DNA of 64,000 bases from Vicugna vicugna (lineage: Eukaryota). Positions 60,626 to 64,000 of this stretch are shown piece after piece. The translations under genes and the position numbers were made by a program. The stretch lies in assembly GCA_013265495.1 (NCBI GenBank), contig MU059972.1:1369525-1433524 (forward strand), read 5' to 3'. The stretch's first letter is position 1; every line of letters starts with the position of its first letter. The notes below the pieces were generated by a model that was not told where the DNA came from, made no database searches, and worked only from the letters and a program-made list of their open reading frames with translations.

Positions 60626-62789
60626 TGGATTTATCCATCTATCTGCTGACAGGAGGCCTGAGCAACGAGCAAGGCCTGCTTCCTGGGCCCACCGACAAGG
60701 CCAGGTCTGCAGAAGGCGTACCCTTCCCAGTGGCCCGTCACAAGCCCGGATCCTGAAACATGAGCAAACTCTCTTCTTTTTTTCAACTTAGTGGAGCCCC
60801 CTCTGGGCAAGCTAGACTTACGGCCTCTCCTTGCTTCTCCCGTCACTCAGAAATGCCCAGGGCTTTGGGTTTTACTGGGACTGACAGAGACAGTCACCGT
60901 CTCCACCACATGGACTTCAGAAAACTTGCTGGGCCTCCGAAGGGAACTGAAGAGCCTGTGGCGGGTAGCCATGTGCCCTTCCCGCCACGAGAACAGGGGC
61001 TTTTCCAATGAAGGAAATGAAACCGCCAGGAGCCCTCAGGAGCAGCTGAGATAAAGCCCATTTGTGGCTAGAAGACTCCTTGCTCAGCAGGTGGCATGGT
61101 TGCCTGAGGACGTCACCTTGGCGTGGCAGCTACGGCTGACGGGCCACCCGGGGTCTGAGGCCGGGCTGGGCCGCCCCCTGAGCTCACTGCCTGTCTCGTC
61201 CCTCCAGCCACAGTCGGGACTAGTAGGGTCTGGCAATGGCTGATGCGGGAACCAAACCACATGAAACATCTTCAAGACCAGCCCAAGTTCACAGTCAGTA
61301 CCTGATGGCAATGCGCTCACACCTGCTGGGAAACAGAACTTGACCGAGATTGCCAAGTGCGGTCCCAGCTCTTCAAGCGGGCGGACAGGGAAACGTGGAT
61401 GGTGGAACACCACGAACAATGGATTTCCAAAACCAGTCTCCAGAAGGAGGAGAAGTACTTGCTCTGTGAAAAGAGCACGAACTCTCGTCCCACACGACTG
61501 AGAACAGATGTGGCAGGGCGGCCGCCGAGGCAGGGAGGCTCCCATGCCCGTGGACGGCCTGTCAGCTGCATTTCTTCCTGGGAGAGAGGATGAGTTCAAA
61601 AGAAGGGCCGGGACGTAGGAGGACTCTGCATGTGCAGGCCGTGCCCCTGGGGTCTGTGGAGGGGGTAAGACCACGGCTGCTGAGCAGCGCGAAGGCTCAT
61701 CGCAAGAGCCAACAGACCTGTCGCGTTTCCCCCGGCCCGGCCCTCCGCCTCCTAGCTGCCACCGTGGTTGCTTCCAAGGAGACAGAGAAATAATACAGGG
61801 TAACCCAGTGGGAGAGGCCAGGATGCTAACTCTCTGGTCTGGCGCTCCGTGCGGGGCTGTGCTCGCCTTGTCTCACTTAGACCCCAGACCATGTAAGAAG
61901 GAGGTGCTGCTCCCGTCCCTGTGCTGCAGGTGTGGACCCTGCTTCTGGAGCCTAGGCCACAGCCCCTCTGTGCACGCGAGTGGGCGTGATTCTTCACCAG
62001 CTGTCAGAGTGCCGCCCAGGGTGGGAGGCAAGCCTCTTAAACCCTGCAAGCGGGCTGCCTCTCAGGGCCCAGGGTCTGTGTGCATGGCAGGAAGGCGTTC
62101 TGCACACGCGCTTGCTGAGTGTTATTTGTCTACAGGAACAATAGGCTAGCTTCGAGAGGAGCACACCTGCGGATGGCTTTTGCTCGGCATGTTTGTAAAA
62201 GACACTGAATCTGCTTCTGCTGATTAAAGGTTTTTTAAGGCCACTCAACTCTCCCTGGGCGAGGAGCCCAAGTCTTTCTTTCCCAAGGCCAAAAATTCAG
62301 TTTGTCTCTCCCCACAAACAGTCTGAGAGCAAGCCAGAGGGGCAGGAGGGAGGCCGCAGAGACTCCTCCTTTCCCCAGGGAAGTCGCAAACCGGGTGGGA
62401 GAGTCACCTGCTCTTTGGTTTGGAACAGGAGGCAGAGCCACGAGGCTACTCCTGTGCTCTGGCCAAACTGGCTACGTTTCTCTCAACTTTGGGGATCCGT
62501 GAAATGGGACTTCTTCATAAGATTAACAATGTAAAGAGAGTATATGTTCATGGTACAAAGTTTAGGAACAGTAGAGAACTATAAAGAAGAGAAAGGGCAT
62601 CTGACCCCCCAACCTGCAGATGGTCGCTGTTAACATTTTGGTGTGAATTCCATCCATTTTCCCAGCTCTTTTAGAGACACCGCTACTACCAGGGGCTGCT
62701 GTGTACTGAGTGGTTCTTTTGGGGAAGGAGATTGTTCTGAGGGCTTTACATGCATTCGCTCATTTGTAGTAGGTGCCTTTAGTCCTACT

Positions 62790-62890
62790 TCATAGAAAGC
62801 GGAACTGAGGCCCAGAGAGGGACAGGGTTTGCCCAAGTTCCTCCAGCCGATGTGCAGCAGAGCCCAGGTGGGAACTCGGGAAGCCTGACC
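62790..62890 (-). mobile_element. MIR fragment
   Basis: CTTCATAGAAAGCGGAACTGAGGCCCAGAGAGGGACAGGGTTTGCCCAAG. Confidence 0.65.
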
Positions 62891-62959
62891 CTCGAGCTCA
62901 TGGTTATTCTGCTGCCAGGAATCCCCCTCCCAACTTCTTTTCCCCCCGGTTTCCCTGAC

Positions 62960-63230
62960 AGATAACCGTGTATTCGGGCATGTAATTCGTTTATATCACA
63001 AAGTGGTCACCGCAGTAGCTTCACTCACCATCCATCACCTCACACAGTGGCAATTTTTTTCTTGTGATGAGAACTTTCAAGGTCTCTCTTAGCCACTTTC
63101 AAACAGAGAATACGTTTTGTTAACTGTAGTCACCACGCCATACATTTGACCCCCCAGGACTTCTTCATCTTAAAACCGGGGCTTTTTGCCTTTTGACCAC
63201 CTTCACCCATTTCCTACCCCCCTCCCCACA
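62960..63230 (-). mobile_element. L1MA-type 3' end
   Basis: CCATCCATCACCTCACACAG...TTGTGATGAGAACTTTCAAG...GTTAACTGTAGTCACCACGCCATACATT...TTTGACCACCTTCACCCATTTC. Confidence 0.75.
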
Positions 63231-64000
63231 GCCCATGTTTTGACATCAGGAACCTGAAAATCACTGCAGATTTGGAGATAACAGAAGAGAGTTTGGGAGA
63301 GCCGGCAGAAAACACTTCGAGAGGACCTGCTGATGGACCACAGAGGATGGTCTACGGCAGATTTACAAACACGGAGAGAATGGTCGGAACGCAGTGCTGA
63401 TGGCATGGCTCTGTGAAGAACCGCCGTGCTCCCCGGCCCCCTGCACTGGCCCAACATCCAGCCTGTCTTCCTGTGACGGGCTTCTCTCTCCCAAGATTGG
63501 ACCCAGAGTTTCTGAGACCCAAACAGGAGAGAGTGGCTTCCCCAAAGGGCTAATAGTCCACAACCCTACAGAGATACCGCTCTGCCCCACTGAAGCTTGT
63601 ACAAATTCTCCACGAGGGCGGCTCAGCTTCTCCAAGGCCAAGGCTCCTGCTCCAAGAAGCCCCCGGGAAATGCTCCTCCATGGAAGAGGCAGCGACCTTG
63701 GGGCCAGATTACATCCTGCACCACAGGAACAGGAACTGCTTGTTCCTCCCCAAGGGGGACAGCTCTCCCAGGTCTCAACAGATGGACGTGGGGTCCTGGC
63801 TCAGCCAGACTACCCAAGGGTCCACCAGATAGAGCCTTGGAAGATCCTCCACCCTCTATCAAAAGGTTCTTTTACATCCTGATTTTTTATGGTTACATTG
63901 TTTTCTACCCTGTGGATATAGCAACATTTACCAAAGCTGATGTGCCAGACCTTTGGTTATTTCCTGTTGGCTACTATGTTTTAAAACTACAATAAACAAC

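Noticed and set aside
52274-64000. Expected neighbour SLC7A5 (by recalled human synteny)
   Set aside because: No MAGAGPKRR-like ORF or CpG-island promoter was seen, so it presumably lies beyond the window.

Overview
This is mammalian genomic DNA, very probably from a camelid (alpaca, llama or camel), inferred from two copies of a tRNA-Ala-derived SINE resembling the camelid Vic-1 family. It holds two head-to-head genes. BANP (SMAR1) is on the minus strand: its CpG-island promoter lies at about 23.1-24.6 kb and is interrupted by two N gaps, and its first coding exon is at 1951-2087; the rest of BANP lies left of the window. CA5A (mitochondrial carbonic anhydrase VA) is complete on the plus strand: 7 exons, 30917-52273, 933 nt, 310 aa, with all introns GT-AG and the catalytic residues intact. 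The remainder is GC-rich intronic and intergenic DNA with L1, L2, MIR, MLT, MER58 and Tigger relics, a solo ERV-type LTR, and short tandem duplications. Nearly all ORFs in the supplied track are GC-rich noise. I find no convincing novel biological system. The best second-look items are the apparent loss of the proximal CA5A poly(A) signal, a 91-nt stop-free CA5A intron whose retention would escape NMD, a four-fold ZNF143/THAP11 motif cluster at the BANP promoter, an antisense solo LTR with intact TATA and poly(A) signals, unusual CpG richness in ancient repeats, and an old/young L1 mosaic. Repeat subfamily names and comparisons with human come from recalled consensus sequences, not from searches.
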